The notes under the pieces: generated by a model
Told to the model about the DNA's origin: nothing
What the model saw: only the letters and a program-made list of their open reading frames with translations
Databases searched by the model: none
Virus record (IMG/VR): IMGVR_UViG_3300030330_002885
Span: 1-64,000 of that record
Strand: one strand, 5' to 3'
DNA length: 64,000 nucleotides
Origin: a virus
Lineage: Duplodnaviria > Caudoviricetes
Part shown: positions 36,464-48,600 of the stretch, in pieces
Position numbering within the stretch: the stretch's first letter is position 1
Layout: every line of letters starts with the position of its first letter
Translations under genes and position numbers: made by a program

Positions 36464-36670
36464 GTGTTAGAAAGTAGCATAATGATAAAACAAAGAGAAG
36501 AAATTATTAGGCTTAAAATAGAAGCATGGGAAGTTATGTTGAATAGTCCATATAGAGATTATGTATTTAGTCCTGAAAAATTAAAAGAAGATATTACTAA
36601 TGATTTTTATACAAAACTTTTTGCAACGATGGCTAAAGAAAGAAATGAAGCATTTAGGTTGGGTAAATAA
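36464..36670 (+). CDS. Small hypothetical (neck region) protein
   Basis: GTG start with GGTGA RBS. Confidence 0.6.
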   Translation: MLESSIMIKQREEIIRLKIEAWEVMLNSPYRDYVFSPEKLKEDITNDFYTKLFATMAKERNEAFRLGK

Positions 36671-37218
36671 TGGATGAAGTGACTTTTATTATTCGTCTAT
36701 TAAATGATAATTGGTCAAATGTTGCTACTAACAATAAAGCGGGAGAAGCACAACATAGAGTAGTACCGACTTTTATTGATATTAGAAGTTTAGAGCCGGG
36801 AAAAGGAAGAAGATATGATGCAGACCAAAATGCAGTTATTGTTGTATTTGAGGAAGGTAGTTCATTAACACACCCCACTATTGATAAATCAGTTAGAAAT
36901 GAAGAATATAATTTTACACTACATCTTAGAGTTTTACATCAGAAAGATTGGGCTGACCTAACATATTCAAGGACTAGACTACAAAGTTTATATCAGATTG
37001 CTCGTTTCATTATAGAGAGGAACGCCCTTCGACCTAAGGTTTATTCAAATGGTAATCCAGCAATAGACTATTCAGACGATTCAAGTAATACAGGAACTAT
37101 TGAAGATAGCGCAGAATTAATTGAAATAACAGGCAGAAGTGAAGCAAACGACAGAAATAAAAGACTTTTAGGATATAAAATGTCCGTTAAATTAAATAGA
37201 TTTGGAAGAAATGTTTAG
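36670..37218 (+). CDS. Putative tail terminator/completion protein
   Basis: Size and position directly before the tail tube gene. Confidence 0.5.
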   Translation: MDEVTFIIRLLNDNWSNVATNNKAGEAQHRVVPTFIDIRSLEPGKGRRYDADQNAVIVVFEEGSSLTHPTIDKSVRNEEYNFTLHLRVLHQKDWADLTYSRTRLQSLYQIARFIIERNALRPKVYSNGNPAIDYSDDSSNTGTIEDSAELIEITGRSEANDRNKRLLGYKMSVKLNRFGRNV

Positions 37219-37226
37219 GTGATTAG

Positions 37227-38684
37227 ATGAGTAATGAAATATATGTAGGGGCAGGAACGCAAGTAACATTAGTGCCGGAAAGTGATATTTATTTGGGTTC
37301 TGGTGCAACTGAAAGTAGTAAGGTGGTAACACATAATAATTCGGGTATAAAACTTGTAAATGGTTTATATGTAGGTTGTAGGCTTAAATTAGAAGACACG
37401 TCAAATACTATTGAATATCATACTATTACTGCAAATACAGATACTACTTTAACTATTGAAGCAACAACAAGTCTTACAGGTAATCTTTCAGCAACAATTT
37501 TACAATTTGGCGCACCTGTACCTGCCGCACAAATATCATCTAAAGAAACTTTATTATCTGATAATTGGTTAGGTCTTGTTAATACATTTACACCATTTAC
37601 TGTAGATGCTGAAATGAAACAGTTAAACTTAGCAGTATCGGGAACAAGAAACTTTTCACACCAATTCAAAGGTGCTGAAACAGTTAGTGGTGGTTCTTTA
37701 GATATTTCACTAAACAACGGAACATGGCTTTACTATGCATTAGGAACAAAAACATTCAGTGCAACACAACAATTGAATAGTGGTAATACTGCAGTAACAC
37801 TAGCATTAAGTCAAGAGAACGGAAAGGTATATTATGATGATACCAACAAAACATTTCATAGATATACAGATAATCTGTTAAATCCTGAAACTAGCACTAC
37901 TGATACAAATATGAAGAAAATGATTGAAAATGGAGATGTAGAATATACATTTTCAGAATCAAATGGAGATGACTTACCTTCTTTCGCTTTAGATGTAAGT
38001 TATAATAAAGCATCTAATACTGATTTAGTTGTAGATTCTACTGATGGAACAGATATGTATTCAAGAGTATTCACAGGATGCCAAGTAAATACATTTACAA
38101 TGTCTTTTGAAGAAAGCCAAGAGTTAAAATGTTCAATGGACTTAGTTAGTAGAAGGGCTTTTGATTCACCCGTTGCTTATGCACCACATAGAAAGATTCA
38201 AGGTGTTGGTGGAACTACTACATTATTTAATTATAATGCAAATGATAACATTCCATATATGTTTTCTGACGGTACAATAACATTATTCGGTCAAAACTAT
38301 GCTAGAGTTAAATCAGGTACATTAACTATAAACAATAATATTACACCACAAAGATTTGTGGGTAATACAAGCCGTGAAATAATGTCTGCTCATGTTCCGG
38401 GCCAAAGAACATATGAACTGTCTTTATCGTTATTAATTACAGATACTAAATTATGGTCTGAATTACGACAACAGGATGAATATAATGACGATAACGGAAC
38501 TATTAAGTTAAGATTTGAAAAAGATTCTAATGACTATATAGAAATAGAATTAGATGACTACATTATTCAATCTTTAGAAGTTCCATTTCCAGATGATAAA
38601 GGCCCAATCGAAGTGAGCGCAACAATTTCTGCTCGCAAACTTACCTCTTGTAAATATAAGGGTAAATGGATTATTATAGGGTAA
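37227..38684 (+). CDS. Major tail tube protein
   Basis: LPSFALD, FTGCQVNTFTMSF, SGTLTINNN and GQRTYELSLS tube-like motifs; followed by chaperone and tape measure; no sheath gene seen. Confidence 0.75.
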   Translation: MSNEIYVGAGTQVTLVPESDIYLGSGATESSKVVTHNNSGIKLVNGLYVGCRLKLEDTSNTIEYHTITANTDTTLTIEATTSLTGNLSATILQFGAPVPAAQISSKETLLSDNWLGLVNTFTPFTVDAEMKQLNLAVSGTRNFSHQFKGAETVSGGSLDISLNNGTWLYYALGTKTFSATQQLNSGNTAVTLALSQENGKVYYDDTNKTFHRYTDNLLNPETSTTDTNMKKMIENGDVEYTFSESNGDDLPSFALDVSYNKASNTDLVVDSTDGTDMYSRVFTGCQVNTFTMSFEESQELKCSMDLVSRRAFDSPVAYAPHRKIQGVGGTTTLFNYNANDNIPYMFSDGTITLFGQNYARVKSGTLTINNNITPQRFVGNTSREIMSAHVPGQRTYELSLSLLITDTKLWSELRQQDEYNDDNGTIKLRFEKDSNDYIEIELDDYIIQSLEVPFPDDKGPIEVSATISARKLTSCKYKGKWIIIG

Positions 38685-38902
38685 TATTCATTGAAAAGAG
38701 TATTTGTACAAATATGATTTTTTTATTGCATGGGGGTGGATTATTTCAAGGGCCAATTCTATGAATAGGGGGGTATTGAAGCGTATGGTATATGAAAAAA
38801 CGACCATCCTAAGGCCTTAGAAAAAAAACAAAATGCTTCAAATATCAGATTCCACCAACACACGTTTGTTTGTTTGTTGGTTTGATGTTAGGTGGAATAT
38901 AA

Positions 38903-39271
38903 ATGGAAAAGAATGTTGTAAGCGACAAAAATTTATTATTTGCGAAGGTTAATACAGAATGCTATTTTCTTAAAATTAGCCCCGATTCAGATGAACACTT
39001 GAAGGTGTGGATAAAAGAACCCACATGGCTTCAAGTAGAACAGGCGTTATCCAGCGTTATGGATATTAATACGTCTTCTCAGTCAATGGACTTAGACCTA
39101 AATAAGATGTATAGGTTTATGGTCGAAAATTTCGTGGAAAAGACTGAACCACAATTAACAACCATTGAGTTGTTAAGATTAAACCCCTATGTTGGTGCTC
39201 AACTTAAAGAGGTATTACCTAATCCCTTTGATGATTTCTTAGGGGATGATATGGGAAATCAAGAGATGTAA
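38903..39271 (+). CDS. Tail assembly chaperone (gpG-like)
   Basis: Lies between tube and tape measure; slippery site near its 3' end. Confidence 0.75.
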   Translation: MEKNVVSDKNLLFAKVNTECYFLKISPDSDEHLKVWIKEPTWLQVEQALSSVMDINTSSQSMDLDLNKMYRFMVENFVEKTEPQLTTIELLRLNPYVGAQLKEVLPNPFDDFLGDDMGNQEM

Positions 39272-39474
39272 AGAAAGCATTACAAGGACAACAAGTAAGC
39301 CCTAATATAGCAATGGACATAATGTTATATACATATTGTGATTTATTTAAAATTAATCCGGTTGATGCAAAGAATACTCCTATTGAATTAATGGTTAAAA
39401 TGTTAGCAATACATGGTCAAGTAAAAACATTAGAAATGGAAGAACTTGATAAGGTAAAAAGGCAGGTGAAGTAA
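39253..39474 (+). other. -1 programmed frameshift site G GGA AAT (39253-39259) and gpGT-like extension
   Basis: X XXY YYZ heptamer in frame; the -1 frame stays open for 73 codons to TAA 39472-39474. Confidence 0.8.
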
Positions 39475-39475
39475 T

Positions 39476-40951
39476 TTGGCTGATGATGATTTAAAAAATG
39501 TTAAAACAACTAATGCTTTAACTGCGGCAATAAAAGATTTAGGTGAGGCTAATGAAGGTTTAATTGCTGGATTTGGAGAAATAACAAAAAGTAAATATTG
39601 GACTGTTATTAGTAGGTTTGCTTCAGGAACGCAGTTTTGGAAATTACAGAATTACATTAGAGCATTAGGTAACATATCGCAAATATATACTGAAAGATTA
39701 AATAAACAAAGAAAGGCGATTATAGAAGGGTTAGAAAGTAATATCAGATTAGCAGACTCTTACGCAAAATTAAAAGATGAAATAAAAGATTTGGAAAGAA
39801 ATCCAGCACAAAATAGAATATATAAAATGATTTTAGATACCGGAGTTGGGCATAAAAAGGCGTTAGAAGCCGCTAAAGAATATTATAGAGGCACTAAAAA
39901 AGAAATGAAAGATTTAATAGATTTTAGAAATAAAAAACTTAAAAAAGCAATTACAAAAAAGGCAAAAACTTTTTTTGGTGGCGAAGAAGGTATTTTAAAA
40001 TTAGGTAAAAGATATAAAGAACAGGTGGCTGATATAGAAGCAAAAGCAGGGCCAGAAGGAAGATTTGCCGCAAGAATGAATTTTTTAGGTAGAGAGTTAG
40101 GTGGTAGGGGATTCGGAACTACATTTGAAAAAGGCAAAGATGTATTTTTAGGCAAAAAAAAGATGTGGAATGTTGAGAAAAATAAATGGGTAAGGCCCGG
40201 ATTTAAGGCTCAAGCAAAAAAAGGAATTGAAAAAGTAAAAGAAAAATTATTTTCAGGAGCATTTAAAATATGGAACAAAATCAGTGCATTTTTTACAATC
40301 GGGGCAGTTGTTTTAGGTAAGGCAATAGTGTATTTTGCTTTATTTTTAGTAGCAATAACAATAGTAGTTGGTATTATTAGAAAATTATGGCCGTTCTTAA
40401 AAGAGGCATTTGATAAAAATAAAAAATTCTTTGAAAAGGCTTGGGGGTATTTAAGTGCAATATTATATGACTTTTATCAAATATTCAAAGCCGTTTGGGA
40501 TGGAGAGTTCTTAAAGGTATTAGATATTTACTTTACTGAATTATTACCAAATATATTTATGTTCTTAGGAAATTTAGTATGGGGTCTAGGAAAAGTATTA
40601 ATTGGTTTAGTTAAAGCAGGATTTAATGCAGTAATAGATTATATTGTAGCGAAACTTTTTACATTTAAACCTGACCTTTCATTTATTCCGGGCCTTCATA
40701 CGGGTGGATTAATTAAAAAAGGTGGATTAGCGGTTGTTGGAGAAAGAGGGCCAGAATTAGTTAATTTACCAACAGGTGCAAGAGTTCATTCTAATGCACA
40801 ATCTCAGGCTATGATGGGCCAAACAATAAATATTCATGTAAATGGTAGAGTTGGTGCTACTGATGCTGAGATTAAGGATATAGCAAATAAACTATCAGCA
40901 GAAATGAATAGAAGAATGAACAGAACTAATAGGTCGGTGAGTGCGTTTTGA
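39476..40951 (+). CDS. Tape measure protein (short, 491 aa)
   Basis: Helical with aromatic periodicity and a hydrophobic segment; C-terminal GGLAVVGERGPELV; position after the chaperone. Confidence 0.8.
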   Translation: MADDDLKNVKTTNALTAAIKDLGEANEGLIAGFGEITKSKYWTVISRFASGTQFWKLQNYIRALGNISQIYTERLNKQRKAIIEGLESNIRLADSYAKLKDEIKDLERNPAQNRIYKMILDTGVGHKKALEAAKEYYRGTKKEMKDLIDFRNKKLKKAITKKAKTFFGGEEGILKLGKRYKEQVADIEAKAGPEGRFAARMNFLGRELGGRGFGTTFEKGKDVFLGKKKMWNVEKNKWVRPGFKAQAKKGIEKVKEKLFSGAFKIWNKISAFFTIGAVVLGKAIVYFALFLVAITIVVGIIRKLWPFLKEAFDKNKKFFEKAWGYLSAILYDFYQIFKAVWDGEFLKVLDIYFTELLPNIFMFLGNLVWGLGKVLIGLVKAGFNAVIDYIVAKLFTFKPDLSFIPGLHTGGLIKKGGLAVVGERGPELVNLPTGARVHSNAQSQAMMGQTINIHVNGRVGATDAEIKDIANKLSAEMNRRMNRTNRSVSAF

Positions 40952-41652
40952 CGGTAGCAGATAATATTAATGTATTTCTTGAATTAGCAAGAAGGAGAGA
41001 TTCTTTGCCGGACAGTCCTAGTCTTGTAAATAGAATACCACTGTATGTTACTGATATAACATTAAGCATATCTAAAATGACTCCAAATTTACCAATTCCA
41101 TTCTCAGGTGCAGTTAGAGGAGAATCTACAAATGTTGCCTTTGATATGGGATTAGCAAGTAAAACAATTTCAATGTCCGGTTTATTATTAGAACAAACCA
41201 TATCAAAAAGTAAAACATCTGCATCTGATAAAGATAATAGAAAATTTACTTCTTTTGAATTAGCACAATTAATACATTCATATGTAGATTCAAGTTCGTT
41301 TCAAAAAGACCAAAGTTTAGATAAAATAATTATACTTTATCCTAGTAGAATAGGAAATGATTTTAATAATAGAGCAGGTTATGATGATAATACTACTATT
41401 GATAATTTACCCAAAACAAGTTGGCATTGGAAAAATAGATTCTATGATAATGATTTTACTGCATTATCTGGTAATACCGAATCAAGTCCGGGAAATTATT
41501 TTGATGCAGTAACAAGGAATGATGAAATGATAGGAACACAAGGATTTATTAGAAGTTTCTCGACAACAATTAGTGGTACAGAATTTCCACATTTAAACTT
41601 CCAATTAGAGTTTGAAGAAGCAGTAGTAATTAATGATAATATGTTTGACTAG
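40948..41652 (+). CDS. Putative distal tail (Dit-like) protein
   Basis: Directly after tape measure; DMGLASKTISMSG and FQLEFEE strands. Confidence 0.55.
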   Translation: MTVADNINVFLELARRRDSLPDSPSLVNRIPLYVTDITLSISKMTPNLPIPFSGAVRGESTNVAFDMGLASKTISMSGLLLEQTISKSKTSASDKDNRKFTSFELAQLIHSYVDSSSFQKDQSLDKIIILYPSRIGNDFNNRAGYDDNTTIDNLPKTSWHWKNRFYDNDFTALSGNTESSPGNYFDAVTRNDEMIGTQGFIRSFSTTISGTEFPHLNFQLEFEEAVVINDNMFD

Positions 41653-41660
41653 GTGAGTTA

Positions 41661-42638
41661 ATGGCTAATGTATATTTAGGAAATTCTAAAGCATTAGTTT
41701 TCCCTGTAATGTCTGATGGTTATTTAAAAATACCATATGCAGATAGCAACATCTCTACATCAAAAGGAAATCTTTGGAATTTATCCGAAGGTTTTGTTAT
41801 TGAAGCATTAATAACACCATATGATGTAAATGGTAATGCTACGGATGAAGTATTAACTTCTACAAAAACAGTACCAATAGGAACAACAAATTCAACACAA
41901 AGCGGAAGTTATTTTAGTACAAATAGATATTCACATAAAATGATGTTATTTTATAATACTAAATTTCAATTATATTTAGAAAATACTACGGTTCATAATA
42001 AAAATCAACCTGCAGAATACAGAATAGGTGTAGGTATAGACGGATTAGATTCAGATATTACTACTCCAACATTGATAAGACCTGTTAATACATTATATGG
42101 ATATTATGATGAAAATGGTTATTATAATGATATGTCCACATCTTTAACATTATTACAGGCTGATTCAACAGTTAGTGGAAATACAATAACATTAACTTCT
42201 AGCAATGTTTCAAAACTTGCAACGGGTTCTGAAATATTTAATGCGAATGGTGTTAGTTTAGGCACTGTAACAATTGCGTCTTCAACAACAATTACTGTTG
42301 CAGATGCATCTAATCATACTGCAAAAATATATGTTTCGCAACCAAAAGAAGCATTTTATGTAGAACAAATATATAAAATAACTTGTGTATATCATTATGG
42401 TGGTTCTATACAAATAATGTTGAATAACCAAGAAATCGGAAGATATGATGCACCCGCTTCATTTTCATTCAATGCAAGTGATTGCTTTATTGGTAAAGAC
42501 GGCACTAACAAAAATACTCAATTTATGGGAGAATTATATGAAATTGCATTATATAAAGGAAGTAAAGCATCTCCAACATTAGTTACATTAACTCCTAGTT
42601 ATAGTAGTATTATGTTTTATTATAGGTTTGGTGATTAA
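41661..42638 (+). CDS. Tail protein with LamG/ConA-like domain
   Basis: FVIEALITP...FIGKDG...FMGELYEIALY. Confidence 0.6.
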   Translation: MANVYLGNSKALVFPVMSDGYLKIPYADSNISTSKGNLWNLSEGFVIEALITPYDVNGNATDEVLTSTKTVPIGTTNSTQSGSYFSTNRYSHKMMLFYNTKFQLYLENTTVHNKNQPAEYRIGVGIDGLDSDITTPTLIRPVNTLYGYYDENGYYNDMSTSLTLLQADSTVSGNTITLTSSNVSKLATGSEIFNANGVSLGTVTIASSTTITVADASNHTAKIYVSQPKEAFYVEQIYKITCVYHYGGSIQIMLNNQEIGRYDAPASFSFNASDCFIGKDGTNKNTQFMGELYEIALYKGSKASPTLVTLTPSYSSIMFYYRFGD

Positions 42639-45600
42639 ATGAGCGGTAAAATGACTTTTCCTCTTAATGCTGGAGAAGATGAAACTACATTTACTGAAAC
42701 TTATACTACTAAATCTAGCACTAATGCTAAATCTAAAGCATATAAAAATGTATCAGTAAATCCACTTCTTAAGACAAATGGATTAGAAGATGAAACAAAT
42801 AATTTACCTTCTGTTGGTTCTAATTCTGCACCCGTTGTATCAATGTTATTTTTTGAAATAAGAAACGGGCCACACGCACAAGATATGCCGACTAATCAAA
42901 AACCAACATCTAATATTCAAAATAGATTATTTCCAACTTCAAGTAATATAAGTGATGTTGGAACTAATAAAGAAAACACCCCATCATATAAAGTAAAAAT
43001 TTATGATTCGCAATTAACTCATGGTGTTACAAATAAACCCGCTACATATCACGCTTCTTCAGATACACCTAATAGTAATATAGGATTAGATATAAAAAAT
43101 AGAGATTATTTTATTATATTAAATCCTAATATTCAAGAAGATGATACCACATCAGTAAGACCCCATTTTGCTAAAATAACTAGATTGTCTTCTTTTGATA
43201 GTTTTGGTGATGGTGTAGAATTTACCCCTAAATATAAAGGGGATATTCCTAAAGGAACAGAATTTGAAATCTATAAAGGGCCATTAAAAACAGAAACAGA
43301 TGTTGTTGCAGTTAGTTATGGTCTTCGTGGAGATACTTCTGCTTCTACAGATAAATTCGATAAAATATGTATCGTGAATAGGCCAACATTTTATTTCTAT
43401 AATGATAGATTAGAAGAAGATGACCAACTAAATTATAATGAAAAATATACTATTACAATAACAAGACATTGGGGAACATTTACTTTTAATCTAACTGATA
43501 CTGTTGGTGAATTATCTCAATATGAACAAGGTAGTTTAGCAGGAGGTAAATATTTTCAGTTAGCAGATGGCGATTATGATAAATTAACCGAAGGTATGTC
43601 TTTAATTAAATCTGATGGTACTTATTTAGGTAATATAGAATCTGGTAGCACAGACGGTACAACAGGTAAATTAGCGTTAGATTATTATAGGCCTAGTGGA
43701 ACATTAAATAGCGGTGGTGGAACAGATACTACAGATATAGCAGTTAAAGTAGGAACTACTATTCAAAGTGTGGTGTTTAAAACAGAAAGAAGATATGATA
43801 ATACTATTCAGAATTTAGGAAGGAGTAAATTAGATGTTTTGTTAGTAGATAATAATTTAACAACTGATGAAACTGATAGTGGAGAAACTTTTAATCCTAT
43901 ATTTTGGCATAAAGCATTTCCTAACATGAAAAGAAGTTCAACAGATAGCACTACAACTACAACAAGTTTAGATGGAACATTAAATGGCCCATCTAAATAT
44001 TTAAGATTTGTAAACGCATCATTGAAGAACGACAAAATACCAATGGCTTTAGAAACTTCAGTAAATAGTCCTAGAAATAAGATGTCCAAATATGCTGAAT
44101 TAATTAGTATTGATAATGCTGGTATTCAGCATTTAAAGTACAAATTAGATTCTAAAATGGTCGTTAGAAATGGTATATTTTCAGATTCAATTAAATTTAG
44201 AAAATTGCCCAACACTGTAACAACTAATTCTAATACATTAGAATTTAACAATAATACAAGTGTTAATACAGATAATAAATCAGATTATGATTATTCTGCT
44301 ATATTAGGCGCAGATTCAATTGTTCTAATAGGAGAGTATTATTATAGAGTATCTTCTATTACTTCAAAAACTAATGAAACTAAGCAATCATTTCAAGTTA
44401 GCCATAAAAAGAAAAAATCAGAAAATACTTGGACTAGCGATACTACTCCACCAACAGTAACAAATGCAGATATTCATATTAGTCATTATAGCAATAATAA
44501 ATTTAACTTAGGCTTCTCATCTGATACAGAAGTAATAACTTCACAGAATAATAGATTAACATTAGAAGAACATACAATTGATAAAGATAATTCAAAAATG
44601 CATAACATGAGAATTAGTATGAATGCATTTACTAACCATGAAACATTAATTGATTATGGGGATAAAAATTTACAATACGTTTCAATATTAGAACCTAATA
44701 GAACTTATTATCAGGATTCTCCTAAACATAGAATGTTTTACTATGGTGGTGGCTACACAATACATGAAGAAGTATTTAACGGTCTAGTAGATACTTTGGA
44801 TAATTATAATGAAAATGGACTGATGGGTTTTAGATTAACAGGTAGAGATAAAACAGCAAATCTAATCACTAATACTGTAAATAAAAATCTTAACTTTAGT
44901 GATGATATAGTATATTCTACACTTGTTCCATCTTTAGATTTAAGCAATACATTTACTGTTTACGGCGCATTTGGTAAAGAAGGTGGTTCAACATTAAGAG
45001 TTGATGGAAATAAAACAGGTTCTTTAGTTAAATATGTATTATTATTTGATGAAAATTATGAATTTATTGGAGAGGTTGATACGAGTATTTATGTAACATC
45101 AACACCTGCTCACACCGTTATAACTTTAAGAAATTATATTACTAAAGATGTTGCAGATAATTCTTCTGTTTATTATTACAATCCATTAAATTCATCTTCT
45201 AGATATTTAGCAGGTGCAAAGGCCATAGGAGTAAATAGTTTAGAATCGGAATATCCAACAGACTTTACACATACATCTGAAAAAGGATTAGTATTTAATA
45301 ATGGTATGAATTTTACTTATGCATCAAATTCCTTTTCGTATGCTGATTTAAAATTTACTTCTAATGATGGTAATTATTTAGAAGATGGTAGTTTAGGATA
45401 TAACATATACAAACCAAAAGGATTAGAAAAAACAATAACTTCTGGCGGAACTGTTGCAGATTTAACAAGTCAAAATGATAACTTTTTATTAAAATTAGCA
45501 AAAGAAAATGAAGATTATGTTACAGAAATAAATAAAGATATATCATCAAGCCTTTATCTTCATGTAGTAGATACAGTTAAGATAGCAGAAGGAGTTAATA

Positions 45601-48600
45601 TAATAACTCTTGCACCTAATTTTCCTGTTTTATTAGGAATAACAGATAAAAATCTTAATGATACTAGATATGCTCCTAGTGGTAGTCATTTGTATAATAG
45701 TAGTATGTATTTTGTTAATTCAAATGCTCCAATTGGAGGCTATATGCACAGATTACAAAACAGATTTAAGACAATATATGCGCCCACTGAAACGTATAAA
45801 TTTACTGATTTTCAAAGATTTAAACACAATACTATAATTCCACCATATGATAGTGCAGATGCTTTTGGACAAGATGCTGCTACTAGCGTATATAGAACAG
45901 GTAATAGACCACATAAAATAACAGGTTATACAAGTGGTGGAAAGGTTTTAGGAAATGGATATGTTTCTCTAACTAATGTTATAAAAGATACTGATTGGTG
46001 GAAAGACTCAGAAAATAAAGATAACTTAACAGAAGATAGAGATACATATTCAGATGATTTAAATGAGAATGACTTAAATCAATTATTAAATAATGATTAT
46101 AGAGCAAGACCGTTCTATTTATATGCTACAGGAGATATATTACCGGATTCTTTCTTGCGCCACAATAGTTTAGGATTTAGTAGTAATACAAATTCTTTAG
46201 ATAACTTTGGGTTAATGTTTGAATCAAATGGAACAGAAGGTTCAGATATTTCACACAGTTGGTCTGGTAAAACAAAAGCAGTTGTTAAAAGAGATTCTAA
46301 TTATGAATTAAGCGAAATTTCTTCTTCAACAATTAGTAATCCTACCTTAATTAGAAGGTGGGGAATAATTAGATTAGTCGAAGCAACCTTTGATTGGCAC
46401 TTTAATTCTGTTGATTTTGAAGCGTTAAAAGATGAAGGTTTACCAAGATTAGATATTGGAAGTTATATTAAATATGTAATAAGTGGAGGTTCTGTTACTA
46501 CAAGTAGTTTTGGTTTACGTTCACAAATTGGTAATAATATAGATGATTTAAAATTATTTTCTGGATTTACTAATACAAACGATAATGTAATGGCTGATAA
46601 AGGAATTGATTTACCTGAAGTGAAAATAGTTAGACCGAATTTACTAATACAAGATAGAGATGGAGATAAAGCATATGCTTATGCACAATTATCTGGTAAT
46701 GGTGGATATAGACCACAAAATATTATTCTTCCTATAATCAGTGAAGTTTCAGAAGCAGGAACAGGTAATTTTGTTAATTCAGCATTTCATGTAGAAGATA
46801 TAACGGGAACAACAGGATTAGATACAATAAGAAAACATTATTCTAAAGTGTTATATGCTTTATGTAAGCCTTTTGATAATAACCATGATTCTGCACCTGC
46901 TCATTATTTTAAAATGGATTGGCCGTCTAAAGATATATATGATAATTGTACTGCATTATTTAAAAATTTAAAGGGTTCTACAGATGATAGTAATAAACCA
47001 ATGAAACTCACAAGTGCTAGATTAGATGAATTTTCATATAGCCAACCATATACAAATCTTTCAAATTTATTGGATGGCGACCAACATAGCCAAAATATAC
47101 AAGTATTAAAGGGTACTAATTATCCTGCCAATGTGGATTCAATTAGTGGTTCTGGTGTAGCATTTAATGTAGCATTGATTGGCGCAAGAACTAAAAATTA
47201 TATATTTGAGGCATTAAAAACAGAACCCACTGCGGCTAATCATAATGCAGTTTCTTCAAATAATAAAGGCGAAATGTATTCAGGTCAAATGGTAATTAAA
47301 CCGCAATTTAATATTACTGCGGACTTAGCAGTTAATACAGATTTATCTTTTACAATGGATAGTAATTCACGCCACCATTGGTTAAATTTTGTTCCTAATT
47401 TAGAAGGGTATTATATTGTTTCAAATAAATTAAATGCGGGTTCTGGTTCAGGAACGGCTTATTTACCTACCTTTGAAGACCCCACTAATATAACTGAATA
47501 TTCTGCAAAAGGAATGCCCCTCTATATTGGAAAAATAATTGAGCATACTATAAATAGTTCAGGAACAGAAAAAATACATAAATTAAAATTTGATACTGCA
47601 ATAGATGTTAGTGAGCATGGTCAATATTTTAGATTAATGAGAATATCAGATACAACATTTGAACAAACCCCCGATTATATAGAAATAAATGTAATGCAAG
47701 ATTTAGGACTTAAATATGATAAAGTGCCAGATAATTTTAGAACCGGAACAACATCAGATAAAGACCACTATAATGAAGGTCTTTATTCAATGTATATGTT
47801 ATTAAATATAGATGAAAATGATTCTGCTTTAAGCACTAATTATATAGAAAGAAGAACAATATCTGATGCGGCTTCAATATTACCTGTAAGCAATGGAGAA
47901 GAAATAGATTGTTATATTACTGATGGTATAAATTCACAAAGAAAATCATTAACAGTAACATTAACCAATGAAACTTCTACATCTGCGCCTCAATTAAAAT
48001 TTGAATATGATGGAACATTAACAGGTAATGGTTGTGTTTCTTTTGGAAAAACGTTTGCAGTAACAATACCAACTGCATTAAAAACAGAACCAACACATTG
48101 TTATTTAGGAACTACATTTAGTATTGGAAGTGTGGTAGAAAATGAAATAGAAACTATTGCTAAAGATTCTAATTTAGATGTAGATATAGAACAAAGCCTA
48201 AAACAATATACAGGGTTAGTTGTAGATAGTGTTAGTAGTAATGTAATTACATTATTAAATAGTCCAACCGATGTAGAAGTAGATGATGTAATATATAATC
48301 AATCAGGATATTTAATTGGAAAGATAACTGCTAAATCTACTTCCAGCCCATTTACAATAACAATTGGTGGGGGAATACATTATTCTCCATTACAATATGA
48401 TGAAATAACTAAAAGAAATAAAAAGACTATGGTTTCATTAGCAAACTTTAGTGATGTAGAATCATTAAATGCAATAAACTATTTAGCAAGTAAAAAACAA
48501 TTAGATTATCAGATTAAAAATAACCAAATAAAATTCAGAAATTTGGAAGATTCATATGGACTTAGACGATATGATATTAGTTATAAATCTAATAATAGGC

